Source: a virus
Taxonomy: Duplodnaviria > Caudoviricetes
Virus record (IMG/VR): IMGVR_UViG_3300037589_000013
Location: 1-52,352 of that record
Length of the DNA stretch: 52,352 nucleotides
Direction: 5' to 3' (one strand)
In this document: positions 24,631-35,272 of the stretch, piece after piece
Numbering within the stretch: position 1 is the first letter of the stretch
How the letters are laid out: every line of letters starts with the position of its first letter
Notes under the pieces: generated by a model
Databases searched by the model: none
What the model was told of the DNA's origin: nothing
What the model saw: the letters and a program-made list of their open reading frames with translations, nothing else
Position numbers and translations under genes: made by a program

Positions 24631-27387
24631 TTGGCAGACATTGCAGAAATTGGCTTTCGCGCTCAAACAGACCAGTTATCAGACGCCAAACGTAAGCTTG
24701 ACGACCTTTCACCGGCTGCGGGCAAAACCGAACGTGCAGCAAGTCGTTTGGCTCGCATGTTTGGTGTTGCCAATGACAACACGCGAAAATTCACTGACAG
24801 CGTGAAAGGTTCCAACGCTGCGGTTGGTTTGTTGTCTGGCGGTGTCGGTCGGCTGATTGGAGTTATTACAACTTTTGCAACAACTGTCATTGCCGCGTTT
24901 TCATTGCGACCGGTTTTTGCGTTTAAAGACGCGTTGGCAGAAGTTTCAACTTTGGTTGACACAACAACATTTAACATGCAAGGTTTATCAGATGCGGCTT
25001 TGCGATTAAACGCGCAATTCGGCGGTGGCGCGGCTACACAAGCGAAAGCATTCTATTCTATTATTTCGGCGGGTGCATCATCCGCCGCACAAGCAACAGA
25101 AATTCTTGACGCATCCAATCGTTTGGCAATTGGCGGTGTTACCCAATTAGAAACCGCTGCTGATGGTTTAACATCTGTTTTGAATGCTTATGGAAATCGT
25201 GTTAGCGGCGCAACGGAAGTTTCAGACGCATTGTTTGTTGCCATGCGAGCCGGTAAGACGACAATTGGCGAGTTGTCGAGCGGTTTAGGTCAGGTTGCAC
25301 CGCTTGCAGCAACATTGAATGTTTCCTTTGATGAATTGGTTGCGTCTGTTTCCGCTTTGACCAAAGGCGGCATTGCAACCAATCAGGCAATTACCGGCGT
25401 TCGTGCTGTCCTGGCAGCAATTGCAAAACCATCTGCGGAAGCTACGAAACTCGCAAAACAGTTAGGACTTGAATTCAATGCGGCTGGTTTGGAAGCCAAA
25501 GGTTTTCAAGGTTTCATGGATGAATTAATTCAAAAAACAGGCGGAAGCACTGAAAAATTAGCGTTGCTGTTTGGCGGTGTTGAAGCACTTGTTCCGGTCA
25601 TGGCGTTATCTGGTCAAGCCGGTAAAGATTTCACGGCAATAATGGAACAGATGGCAACCAAGGCGGGCGCTACAGAAGACGCATTTAATAAAATGGCGAA
25701 TTCTCCAGGTTTTCAAGCCGCTCGCATATGGGCTTCCTTGTCAACAGAAGTCATCAAATTAACATCAACGTTAGCTGATTATCTTGTTCCAGCGATGAAA
25801 TTAGTTGCGGATAATATGGGCAATATATTCAAGCTTGCCGGTGTTGTTGGTGCTGCACTTTTAGCAGCGTTTGCGCCCGCAATCTTGTCCGCAATGGCAA
25901 CTGGTTTATTGGGTATCGGTTACGCTGGTGTTGCGGCAATGAAGATGTTGACAATTGCCATTGCAACAAATCCAATCGGTTTCATTGCTGTTGCGATTTC
26001 AACGGCTTTGACTGCTGTTTATCTGTTCCGCGATAGTTTGTCAAATGTTTTCGGTTCTGATTTGACTGCAATAATCAAAAAATCTGCAAATTTCATAATC
26101 AACTCATTTCAAGCGGCATATGCAGATTTAGAATTTATTTTCAGTAATTTTCCGCAAATCATCGGTGCGGCGATCATTGGTGCAGTCAATGCGGTTATTG
26201 GCGCAATCGAGATAATGCTTAAAGCGGGTGCGGCTGCAATCAATACCTTAATTAATTCGGTGAATGCAATTGGCGGTGCTTTTGGTATGGAAAATATTGG
26301 GATGATAAACCCAACGTTACCAAAAATCGACAATCAACCGTTGAATGAACTTGCGGTGGCAAACGAAAAACATAAGAAAACGATTGAGGAAATATTCAAA
26401 CAAGACCCTTTGGGCGCAATTGGTGGTGGTCTTGACACCATGACTGAAAAATTAACCGTGGCGACTGGTGCGGCGGCTGGTTTGAATGAACAGCTAGGCG
26501 GCGGCGCTGGTGGTGGTGACAAAAAGAAAAATTCATATCAGGAAATAATTGAAGGTGCGCAACGAACGATTGCAGCACTTGAAGCCGAACGCGCGGCGGT
26601 CGGACTAAGTGAGGAAGCCGCAACACGTCTGACACGTCAAACAGACTTACTCAATCAGGCAAAACAAAAGAATATTGATTTAAGCCCGCGCCAACGGGAT
26701 GAATTAATGAAGCTTGGCGCGCAAATGGCGCAACTGGAAACGGAAACCAGAAAAGCAAAAGACGCGCTTGATTTTGCTCGCGATGGAACCAAATCATTTA
26801 TTTCCGATTTGCGGAAAGGTTTGATGGATGGCAAATCATTTTGGGAAAGCTTCAAAAATGCGGCAATGAACGCATTAGATAAAATTATTGATCGCCTTTT
26901 AAACAACTTCATTGACGCGATTTTTCAAGCGAATACGGCAGCGTCCAGTTTAGGCGGCGGTAATCGCGGCGGCGGGTTTTTAGGTGGCATATTCGGCATT
27001 GTCGGCAAGCTGTTCGGTTTTGCCAAAGGTGGGGCATTTCCGAAAGGAATTAGCGGCCATTCAAACACGGTTGTAGATAAGCCCACGCTGTTCAAATTCG
27101 CGTCTGGTGGTGGCGTCATGGGCGAGGCTGGACCCGAAGCCATCATGCCGTTAAAACGCGGTTCTGATGGCTCTCTAGGTGTCCAAATGTACTCTAACCA
27201 GGGTGCGACTAAAACGGACAGTCCGAAAACCATTCACCTTGAACAACACTATCATGTTGAAGGTGCGATTTCCTCGCGTGACATTCAACAGATGGTACAA
27301 AATGGCATGAATGAAGCGGTTGATACCGCTAAGCGCAAATTGCCGGAATGGCAAATGACTTACGGAACAGACGGGGCCGTTACATGA
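24631..27387 (+). CDS. Tape measure protein
   Basis: 918 aa, Ala/Gly-rich; TP901-type core (GKTTIGEL...LGQV), hydrophobic middle, C-terminal FAKGG and MGEAGPEAIMPL. Confidence 0.95.
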   Translation: MADIAEIGFRAQTDQLSDAKRKLDDLSPAAGKTERAASRLARMFGVANDNTRKFTDSVKGSNAAVGLLSGGVGRLIGVITTFATTVIAAFSLRPVFAFKDALAEVSTLVDTTTFNMQGLSDAALRLNAQFGGGAATQAKAFYSIISAGASSAAQATEILDASNRLAIGGVTQLETAADGLTSVLNAYGNRVSGATEVSDALFVAMRAGKTTIGELSSGLGQVAPLAATLNVSFDELVASVSALTKGGIATNQAITGVRAVLAAIAKPSAEATKLAKQLGLEFNAAGLEAKGFQGFMDELIQKTGGSTEKLALLFGGVEALVPVMALSGQAGKDFTAIMEQMATKAGATEDAFNKMANSPGFQAARIWASLSTEVIKLTSTLADYLVPAMKLVADNMGNIFKLAGVVGAALLAAFAPAILSAMATGLLGIGYAGVAAMKMLTIAIATNPIGFIAVAISTALTAVYLFRDSLSNVFGSDLTAIIKKSANFIINSFQAAYADLEFIFSNFPQIIGAAIIGAVNAVIGAIEIMLKAGAAAINTLINSVNAIGGAFGMENIGMINPTLPKIDNQPLNELAVANEKHKKTIEEIFKQDPLGAIGGGLDTMTEKLTVATGAAAGLNEQLGGGAGGGDKKKNSYQEIIEGAQRTIAALEAERAAVGLSEEAATRLTRQTDLLNQAKQKNIDLSPRQRDELMKLGAQMAQLETETRKAKDALDFARDGTKSFISDLRKGLMDGKSFWESFKNAAMNALDKIIDRLLNNFIDAIFQANTAASSLGGGNRGGGFLGGIFGIVGKLFGFAKGGAFPKGISGHSNTVVDKPTLFKFASGGGVMGEAGPEAIMPLKRGSDGSLGVQMYSNQGATKTDSPKTIHLEQHYHVEGAISSRDIQQMVQNGMNEAVDTAKRKLPEWQMTYGTDGAVT

Positions 27388-28094
27388 CAATCAATTATAA
27401 AATTTACGATTGGCCAACCGTTGTTAAGCCAACCGAACAATTATTTTATTCAGGTGGTCAAGCTGTTGAAGGTGGTTTTACATCCGGTGGCGCTCGCATC
27501 ATGTACCCGGAACCGGGCGGACGTTCCGTTTTAGAATTAACTTTTGATTATCAGCAAAATTATAATCCATCACCTATTGTTTCTTGGTTGTTGACCATGA
27601 TCCGCAACGGGAATATTTTTCGCGTTCCTATTCGTTATTCACCGCAATTAGTAAGTCGTGATGATTTGATGATTGATACGACGTTAGAATTGGCTGGTTT
27701 ACCGTGGGCGGAAGCTGGTCAAACAGATGAAGGACCATGGTTGAATGATCAGAATTGGCTATATTCACCATCTGTTGAAGCAAATTCGACAGCTTTAGAA
27801 GGCTCCGTTACGTTTGAGGTTGATTTTTCGGCATTAGGCAACATTGTGCAATTAGGTCACTTAATCGGGCATTTGGATTACACTTATTTAGTTGAAGATA
27901 TTGAATATGTGGGTTCAATAGCAACAATTACTGTTAATACACCTTTGCGTAAAAATATGGCGCAAGGTGATTTTATAACTTTCCGTCCATCAATGCTTTG
28001 TGTTGCTAGAAATCCAGACACATTGAAAGGTTTATATAATTCCGCCGATCTGATCAAGCTTGGTTCACTCGAATTATTAGAGGTAATATTATGA
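27384..28094 (+). CDS. Distal tail protein
   Basis: First gene after the tape measure, ATGA coupled; V.TPLR motif. Confidence 0.7.
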   Translation: MTINYKIYDWPTVVKPTEQLFYSGGQAVEGGFTSGGARIMYPEPGGRSVLELTFDYQQNYNPSPIVSWLLTMIRNGNIFRVPIRYSPQLVSRDDLMIDTTLELAGLPWAEAGQTDEGPWLNDQNWLYSPSVEANSTALEGSVTFEVDFSALGNIVQLGHLIGHLDYTYLVEDIEYVGSIATITVNTPLRKNMAQGDFITFRPSMLCVARNPDTLKGLYNSADLIKLGSLELLEVIL

Positions 28095-28741
28095 CTTTGT
28101 TTGATGACAAATTAGACGAATATTATAGCAACGAAATTACCGATATTAAAGTTGTCGTTCGTCAATGCTGGCATTTTTCTTTCAAAGACTACGATGTGCG
28201 AATGTGGCAAGGCAAAGGAAAATTATACACGGAAGACGGAAATCAATGGTTAGGTTTCATTGATAACAATGGTGGTCGGGTTATGAGTACGCCGCGCATT
28301 TCGGACGGTCGAGACGGAACGTCACCAACATACGAATTCACAATGCAGTTGGTTGATTTGCCAGACATGAGCGCAATGCAAGCGTATGAACATTTGAAGC
28401 GATACCAAGATCAAGTTTCCGACCGTCCAATCATCGCATGGTTTGCTCTTTTGCAAGTTGGTGAAGGCTTGCGACCAAACACACCTTTGGAATTTTTCAA
28501 AGAATTAACAATGCAATCCACTCGCTTCAATGAAGGATTAACAATTGATGGAACGTCTTTGCGAAAAAAATATTCATTAACAATTGTTGCGAAAGATGGT
28601 AATTTTGGTAGGTCAAGTGTTCCAGGGGGTACTTATACTTCTACTGTTCAAACAGAACGCGCTAGACAATTGGGTGTTTCCGTTGATAAAGGTTGTGATT
28701 TTGTTTTAGGATTAGCGGATAGGACGTATCAACATCCATGA
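28091..28741 (+). CDS. Tail tip / hub protein
   Basis: RMWQG.G.L...DG..WLG, YT...Q........DKG..FV; synteny. Confidence 0.7.
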   Translation: MTLFDDKLDEYYSNEITDIKVVVRQCWHFSFKDYDVRMWQGKGKLYTEDGNQWLGFIDNNGGRVMSTPRISDGRDGTSPTYEFTMQLVDLPDMSAMQAYEHLKRYQDQVSDRPIIAWFALLQVGEGLRPNTPLEFFKELTMQSTRFNEGLTIDGTSLRKKYSLTIVAKDGNFGRSSVPGGTYTSTVQTERARQLGVSVDKGCDFVLGLADRTYQHP

Positions 28742-29193
28742 AAACCATTAGACCAGCGCACGCGAACGATATTGAATTTTTGGCTAGATCGTCGTTTGAC
28801 GATTTTAAAAAAAGTGTACCGTTTGCAACAACAATTGAAAAATTACAAAGTAATTTGCAAATGTTTTGTTTCAATCATGACGCAAAATTGACGGTTGTTT
28901 CTGTTGACAATGAGTTATGCGGTTATCTTGCGGCTTCATTGTCTAAATTCATGCCATGGAATAGTGATTTAATTGCAATTGAAACATTATTTTATGTTTT
29001 TCCAAAATACAGAAAAACAAAAGTGGCTCACATGTTAATGAATGATTTTATTTATTGGGCTATTCAAATGGATTGTACGTTAGCAATTGTTACATCGCGT
29101 GCCGTTTTAGATGGTGAACGAGTTGGAAAATTTTACAAACGTTTTGGTTTTGAAGAAATGGACACAAATTATACCTTGAGGTTGTCAAAATGA
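28738..29193 (+). CDS. GNAT acetyltransferase
   Basis: IRPA...D, FYVFPKYRKTKVA (acetyl-CoA loop), FYKRFGF. Confidence 0.85.
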   Translation: MKTIRPAHANDIEFLARSSFDDFKKSVPFATTIEKLQSNLQMFCFNHDAKLTVVSVDNELCGYLAASLSKFMPWNSDLIAIETLFYVFPKYRKTKVAHMLMNDFIYWAIQMDCTLAIVTSRAVLDGERVGKFYKRFGFEEMDTNYTLRLSK

Positions 29194-31451
29194 AACGTTT
29201 GATATCAGCCATCATACTTATTTTAATGACAATTTATCCCACCAAAGCACATGCATTTGTCTTTAGTGCGACACTTGCAGTTATCGGCGGCGTCCTGGCG
29301 TCGGTTGGTGTTGTAACCCCGTTGGTGTTCGCGGGAACGGCGGGGGCTGTCAATGCTGGTGTTGCACTCGGGGCGTTTCTTTCGTCCGGTTTCGGTTCAC
29401 TACTGCTTACGGCTGGTTTGAGCGCCGTGCAATATCTCATGGCATCGCGCGGGCGCGGTGGCGCACAACAAGCACCAGCAATGGACGCGGTGCGCATTAA
29501 TGTGCGCGTTGCGGAAGCAGAAAGATGGTTGCATATCGGCGTAAGCCGGGCCGGTGGTTCGGCCATGTTTGCCGAATTCGATGATGATGGAAATTTTTGG
29601 TATTTAATTGCACATGGCGATAGTGAATTAACAGCAACTCGAAAACGCTATTTTGATGACCGTGAAATCGACGTTGATGTTGATGGTTGGGTTACGACAA
29701 ACGAATTTTGTTTAAATTCCGATGGTGATCCATATGAGGGAAGTGGAACGAAGGTTCCATATTTTCGAATTTTCACAACAACATTTACACCATCAAACCC
29801 AACGCCACCATCAATTGCAGCGTTTAAAGCCGCGTTTTCACAATGGACTGATGATCACAAATTAGTTGGTGTCACTTATTCCGTAATATACGTTAAAAAT
29901 GTCAGTTTAGAAAACCGCCATAAAATATATCGTTGGCGCGGTCCGGTCGGATTGGGTGAACCGGCGTTTTCAATTGCGGGCGATTGGGACCGGTGTTTTG
30001 ATCCGCGTGATGAAACACAAGATATAGATGATCCGTCAACTTGGACGTTTAGCCGCAATACTGAATTAGTTTGGGCAAGATTTCGCACGCATCCATACGG
30101 GAGAAACAAACCACTTTCATCAATTGATTGGGATAATGTCGCAATTCAAGCGGATATTTGCGATTTGTCAATTGAAGGAATTAGCGGAACGCATGTGAAT
30201 TATCAATGTGGTATTTCCATACCAGAAAGCAAAGAAAGACATGTTGCAGAAGGTGAAATTTTATTAACCGGCGATGCAATAATTATGTACAATAACGTTG
30301 GTAAAGCGTATGCACAAGTTGGTTATTATGAAGCGCCAGATTTAACGTTCACCAATGCAAAAGATATCATCACTATGTCCAGTCGCGAGGCGACGAATGG
30401 TGAAATGGAAACTGATGGTGTAATTGTTCGCTATATTGATCCTGATTTTCGATATCAAGCACAACCGTCCGCACCATGGGTAAACCCGCTTTATTATGTT
30501 GAAGGAACAACGCCAAGATATTTAAAAGTTGATATTTTATCATGCCAAAACCATAATCAAGCGATGCGTTTAGCAAAAGCAATTGGTTTACGAAGTCAAT
30601 CGTCGCATCGTCTAGCTCCAACTTTGGGATTACGAGGCATTAAAGCACGTCGCAAAAGAATTATCGATTTACAATACGATGAAGCATTTAGCGGCGATTA
30701 TGAAATTGCAACACCAGTTGAAATAGATGAAAATGGAATTACCGCCTCATTCGGTTGCGTCCCGGTCGATGCGAACCGTTGGACGCTTCTAGAAGGTGAG
30801 GAAAGTAGCAAACCCGCGCCGGTAGTCGCTATTCCTGGCGCTGGCGCACCTGTTTCACCAACGGGCGTTATAGTGTATGCTGCACCAATCGAGGGGAGCG
30901 GCGGGGCTGCGGTAAGGCTAGAAGCTACGTTTGATACATCACCGCGCGCTGATTTTCTCTATCTGTTTGAGTTTGAATTATCCGGTGAAACAGACGTTTG
31001 GCGTCCGATGATCGTTAGAATGATAGATAATTTTGCATATTCGGATGTTGTTCCGAATGGTCAAACACACCGCGTTCGTTGGTGGACAAGAACGGCTTCC
31101 GGTCGTGTAACGAGCAAAGCAACCCCGGTTTCTGTTGTTGCTGTAGCTGACACAGTTGCACCAGATGTTCCCGTTAGTGTGAGTTCAACCGGCGGTGTTG
31201 GACAAGCAATTATTGATTGGACTACTCCAAATAGTTCAAATTATTTTGCAACTCTAATTTATCGCAATACTGTTGATGATTTTGGCAGTTCTGTTTTGGT
31301 TGGTTCGCCAATTTATGGAGTGCCAAACACCGTTGAAACGTATTTGGATGACAGTTTGTCTGCGGACGATTATTATTATTGGGTAGTTGCAATTAATGGT
31401 TCTAATATTCCATCAACCCCGGTTGCTACCGGTCTAACAGTGGTTACATGA
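29190..31451 (+). CDS. Central tail tip protein (lambda J-like) with C-terminal FN3 domains
   Basis: DPRD.TQ..DDP.TW.FS.N, IDW......ADICD, QA.RLAK, YYYWVVAIN..N..S. Confidence 0.85.
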   Translation: MKRLISAIILILMTIYPTKAHAFVFSATLAVIGGVLASVGVVTPLVFAGTAGAVNAGVALGAFLSSGFGSLLLTAGLSAVQYLMASRGRGGAQQAPAMDAVRINVRVAEAERWLHIGVSRAGGSAMFAEFDDDGNFWYLIAHGDSELTATRKRYFDDREIDVDVDGWVTTNEFCLNSDGDPYEGSGTKVPYFRIFTTTFTPSNPTPPSIAAFKAAFSQWTDDHKLVGVTYSVIYVKNVSLENRHKIYRWRGPVGLGEPAFSIAGDWDRCFDPRDETQDIDDPSTWTFSRNTELVWARFRTHPYGRNKPLSSIDWDNVAIQADICDLSIEGISGTHVNYQCGISIPESKERHVAEGEILLTGDAIIMYNNVGKAYAQVGYYEAPDLTFTNAKDIITMSSREATNGEMETDGVIVRYIDPDFRYQAQPSAPWVNPLYYVEGTTPRYLKVDILSCQNHNQAMRLAKAIGLRSQSSHRLAPTLGLRGIKARRKRIIDLQYDEAFSGDYEIATPVEIDENGITASFGCVPVDANRWTLLEGEESSKPAPVVAIPGAGAPVSPTGVIVYAAPIEGSGGAAVRLEATFDTSPRADFLYLFEFELSGETDVWRPMIVRMIDNFAYSDVVPNGQTHRVRWWTRTASGRVTSKATPVSVVAVADTVAPDVPVSVSSTGGVGQAIIDWTTPNSSNYFATLIYRNTVDDFGSSVLVGSPIYGVPNTVETYLDDSLSADDYYYWVVAINGSNIPSTPVATGLTVVT

Positions 31452-31452
31452 T

Positions 31453-33018
31453 ATGACAACACCATCTTTAATGGCACGTTCTGCGATTGTTGGCGTACCA
31501 TATAGCTCGACAAAAAAACCTGATCCCGTTGGTGTCGTCCAAGCATTTGAAGCAATAGATGCTCGCGTCATTGCCAATAGTGCTGGCGCAATTATTCGCA
31601 ATTCGTTATCTGCTTTAAATGCTACCACAACCCCGGCTGCTGGTTTGTTAGCATGGGTGATGGGTGACGCAACATTAGCGAATAATGGCGTTTATGAAAA
31701 TACGGGAACTTCCGGCTCTCCGGTTTGGGTTCGTCGCGGACCATTGCCGTTTGGTCATATTTACGCAATTAATGTTGGAGCGGGATCAGCTAACGCGATT
31801 GAAGTTACAACATGGTTGCCAATTCCTGTTGAAGATGGTGCAGCACTGATAACCGTCCCAATTGTTGCGGTCAACACATCATCAACAGTTACAATTTCTT
31901 TCAATAATGAAACTGCAATAACCATTAAAACAAATGCAGGGAATAATCCGTCCATCGGTGGTTTGACGGTTGGAACAATAACAGGTTTGAAAATTGGTTC
32001 TGAATTCCGCATGTTGTCAGATCAAGCGAGTGCGGCGGTTTTATCTGGTGCGGAAGGTTTTGCTAATGCTGCAGCGGCATCGGCTGCGGAAGCGGCTGGA
32101 TACGCGACTTTAGCTCTCAATAATTGGATTGCTGATGAATTTATTGGAGATGGAACAAATAACCCATTAATACTTACTAGTGTCCCAGGAAGTGTTAATA
32201 ATGTTCGTGTTTTCATTGAAGGTGAAGGCCCACAACCGCCAACAATTTTTACATTAACGGTTGATGAAATAACGCCACCAACTGGTGCGGTATGGCCGAA
32301 TGGTAAAAAAATTGTTGTCATGTATGGATCAGCAATTGAAATTGGTGTTCCAAGTGACAACAGCGTTAACACATTAAAAATTGCAAATAATGCTGTAACA
32401 GCAAACAAGATTGAAGCCGACGCGGTTGCTGGCAAAATCCACGCGGCGACGGCAAAGACAACGCCGGTCGATGACGATGAATTCGGCATTGCCGACAGCG
32501 CCGCAAGTTTCGGTCTCAAGCTGCTCTCATGGGCGAACATCAAGGCGACGCTCAAGACATATTTCGACACGCTGTACGCTCCGGCAGGGGCGGCGTCTGC
32601 CCAGATCGCGCTGGTAACAGCAAATGGTTACGGGTCGAGCGCAACGCGCATTCTCAGGTTCGCAACTGTCGAAACGGCGGATGGCGGGTCGGACATGACG
32701 CTTACCCAATCAGCCACAGATGGTGACAAAATCACGATCAACACGCCTGGCGTTTACTCATTAACCGGCCAATGGGTATCGACCGACGCCAGCCGCGAAT
32801 TCGGCATCACGCTCAACCAGTCATCACTGACCACCAACATCACCGCCAACCCGGTGGCGGAACAGCTCTGCAGCACTGAGGCCCAAGTCAACCGCCGAGC
32901 GCATTGCGGGCGAACCCTGGCGCTTGCCAATGGCGACGAGCTGCGGCTGTGCACCGATGGCGGCACATCAGACACTACGGCAGGGGACGCCCGTTTCAGC
33001 GTTCAGCGCGTATCGTAA
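31453..33018 (+). CDS. Tail fibre / receptor-binding protein
   Basis: Modular; SVNTLKIANNAVTANKI, IHAATAKTTPVDDDEF...WANIKATLKTYFDTLY; beta-rich C-terminus. Confidence 0.8.
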   Translation: MTTPSLMARSAIVGVPYSSTKKPDPVGVVQAFEAIDARVIANSAGAIIRNSLSALNATTTPAAGLLAWVMGDATLANNGVYENTGTSGSPVWVRRGPLPFGHIYAINVGAGSANAIEVTTWLPIPVEDGAALITVPIVAVNTSSTVTISFNNETAITIKTNAGNNPSIGGLTVGTITGLKIGSEFRMLSDQASAAVLSGAEGFANAAAASAAEAAGYATLALNNWIADEFIGDGTNNPLILTSVPGSVNNVRVFIEGEGPQPPTIFTLTVDEITPPTGAVWPNGKKIVVMYGSAIEIGVPSDNSVNTLKIANNAVTANKIEADAVAGKIHAATAKTTPVDDDEFGIADSAASFGLKLLSWANIKATLKTYFDTLYAPAGAASAQIALVTANGYGSSATRILRFATVETADGGSDMTLTQSATDGDKITINTPGVYSLTGQWVSTDASREFGITLNQSSLTTNITANPVAEQLCSTEAQVNRRAHCGRTLALANGDELRLCTDGGTSDTTAGDARFSVQRVS

Positions 33019-33031
33019 AAAGGAGATTAAA

Positions 33032-34084
33032 ATGACTTATTGGAAAGTTTTGAGTGATCCATCATCGGAAGTTTTTGTTTCAAATAGAACAGCATTGAAA
33101 GCTTTAGATACTTCTATTTTTGGAATAATTTACTTAACCGAAGATGAACGATCCGGTAAATTTGTGTTTCGCAGTGGGGATTATTCATCTCTAGTTGCTT
33201 TAGATACGCAAGAAGGTATTTACATTAAGGCCGATGATACTTTACCAAGTGTTGGCGCATGGGTTAGAGAATTTAAAGGACCGGCTAATATCACATGGTT
33301 TGGTGTTGTTGGCGATGATGCAACAGATAATACAACAGCTATTAACGTGGCCACTAATGTCAATCGTCATGTATATATGCCAAAAGGAACTTATATAATA
33401 AGTTCGTCTTGGAGATTGCCAAATAATGTATGGATTGAAGCGGAAAGCCCGGAAACTATTCTTAAATATACCGGAACAACCGGTTCAATCATTGATGGTA
33501 ATCTTACCGCATCTGGGCGCAATTATTGGCTAAGAATTGATAGATTAAAAATTCAAGGTCCAGGAAAGTCAACCGGAACTGTTGTTGGTCTTGATTTACA
33601 TAATTGGACATATGTACGCACGTTTGACGTATGGATTTCCAAAGTTTCAGATGCTGCTGTTAGACATGGTGGTGGTGGTCAAAGTTCTTATTACAATACA
33701 CATTACTCAATGTTAATCAATGATTGCGGAATTGGTGGCCGCAACGGTGCTTTAGGTAATGAAATTACTTTTTATGGTTCAAGAGTTGGCAATGTCGTGT
33801 TAGGTTTTGATGATAATGAAAATTCAGGAGCGGCTTATTTTGGCTGTGCGGTTGAAGTGTTTACTCTAGGCGCGTTTCGAGTTGGAACCGGCGCCGCAAC
33901 TGTTAACATTAGATACGTATGTTGCAGAACGGAAAATCCTGTTAGCGGGTATGATACAGCCGTGCATTATAAGATAACGGCGAACGCCTATGATACAACT
34001 ATCGTTGGCGCTGGTGCTAGTGGTGGTGGAGATTTAATTGACGATGGTGGAGTTCGTACCACAATTGTTGGAACCTTAGTTTAA
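33032..34084 (+). CDS. Tail spike with a pectin-lyase-like beta-helix (putative depolymerase)
   Basis: AAGGAG RBS; GAWVR, NITWFGVVGDDATDNTTAIN, VYMPKGTY. Confidence 0.8.
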   Translation: MTYWKVLSDPSSEVFVSNRTALKALDTSIFGIIYLTEDERSGKFVFRSGDYSSLVALDTQEGIYIKADDTLPSVGAWVREFKGPANITWFGVVGDDATDNTTAINVATNVNRHVYMPKGTYIISSSWRLPNNVWIEAESPETILKYTGTTGSIIDGNLTASGRNYWLRIDRLKIQGPGKSTGTVVGLDLHNWTYVRTFDVWISKVSDAAVRHGGGGQSSYYNTHYSMLINDCGIGGRNGALGNEITFYGSRVGNVVLGFDDNENSGAAYFGCAVEVFTLGAFRVGTGAATVNIRYVCCRTENPVSGYDTAVHYKITANAYDTTIVGAGASGGGDLIDDGGVRTTIVGTLV

Positions 34085-34106
34085 TATAAACGAAAGTGCA
34101 ATTATC

Positions 34107-35060
34107 ATGAATTTTGTTGGAACCGGCAAACGTCTTGAGCAAGGCGATATTGGGTACGCTGCAAAACAATTGGGCGTTGAAACCGCTGTTCTACTTGCTT
34201 TCATCGAAATTGAAGCGGCTGGACGCGGTTTTGACAACAAAAATCGCTTGAAAATGTTGCGTGAAACCCATATATTTTATCGTGAACTTGGACCGGGCGC
34301 ACAACGCAACAATGCAATCACGCAAGGTCTTGCAAACAAGTCATGGGTAAGAAACTATAAATCGGATAGTTATCCTGATTTAGAACGCATGATGAAAATC
34401 AACAAAAATGCGGCGTTGCGGTCGTGTTCGTGGGCTTTGCCGCAAATTCTCGGAAACAACTGCAACCCTGCGGGTTTCGCAACTGCGGAACAAATGATTA
34501 AAACCATGCTCCAGGGTGAACGCGAGCAGTTGCTCGGAATGGTCACTCTCATGAAAGCATGGGGAATGACTGCGATGTTAACCGGTCGAGATTTCACCAA
34601 AGCGGATAGTTGGCGGTCAGCGGCGTCCAAATATAACGGTAAGAGCTACGCAACGCATAATTACCATGGACGGTTGGCGGCGGCTTATGTCAAGCACAAG
34701 CGCGGAACCGATACGCCAATGCAAACCGCACAACCGCATGAATTAGTGTTGCAACACGGAATGAAGGGTGAAGCCATCCGCAATCTGCAAAACGATTTGG
34801 CGTTGCTCGGATATGAGTTCACCAAAGGTATTGATGGCCGGTTCGGAAATGAAACGCGTGATATCGTCAAGGCATTCCAGGATGCACACAAACTGACACG
34901 CGACGGCAAGGCCGGGCCGGAAACCATGCGAGCCATTGCAGCGGCTGTTGAAGCCGCTACGGTTGACCACTCGCCACAACCGCCCGAATGGGACAGATCG
35001 AGCGGTGGATTGCTCGCATCCGTCATTGCCGCTATCATGGCGATATTCAAGCGAGGTTGA
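34107..35060 (+). CDS. Endolysin: N-acetylmuramidase (DUF3380 type) plus C-terminal peptidoglycan-binding domain
   Basis: AFIEIEAAG.GF, E.HIFYREL, SW.LPQILG.N, YNG..Y....Y..RLA; L..G.KG..IR.LQ..L..LG...DG.FG..T...VK.FQ....L..DG..GP.T. Confidence 0.92.
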   Translation: MNFVGTGKRLEQGDIGYAAKQLGVETAVLLAFIEIEAAGRGFDNKNRLKMLRETHIFYRELGPGAQRNNAITQGLANKSWVRNYKSDSYPDLERMMKINKNAALRSCSWALPQILGNNCNPAGFATAEQMIKTMLQGEREQLLGMVTLMKAWGMTAMLTGRDFTKADSWRSAASKYNGKSYATHNYHGRLAAAYVKHKRGTDTPMQTAQPHELVLQHGMKGEAIRNLQNDLALLGYEFTKGIDGRFGNETRDIVKAFQDAHKLTRDGKAGPETMRAIAAAVEAATVDHSPQPPEWDRSSGGLLASVIAAIMAIFKRG

Positions 35061-35065
35061 ACACC

Positions 35066-35272
35066 ATGAATACAGTCAAACAGCCGTCCGCAATGCCGAC
35101 CAATAAGCTTACGGCGGCGATGCTTTCCGCTTCTGTTGCCGGGGTCATCAAAGCGTTTGTTGTGCAATCTTACCCTGATTTTGCCGATCCGGTGATTTGG
35201 GAACCATTGCCCTATATCGTCGGTTTGGCGGTCGGTTATTTTGTCAAGGATAAGCCGAATGTTCGGGTTTGA
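35066..35272 (+). CDS. Putative holin
   Basis: GAGG RBS; two hydrophobic segments ending LAVGYFVKD; inside the lysis cassette. Confidence 0.6.
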   Translation: MNTVKQPSAMPTNKLTAAMLSASVAGVIKAFVVQSYPDFADPVIWEPLPYIVGLAVGYFVKDKPNVRV

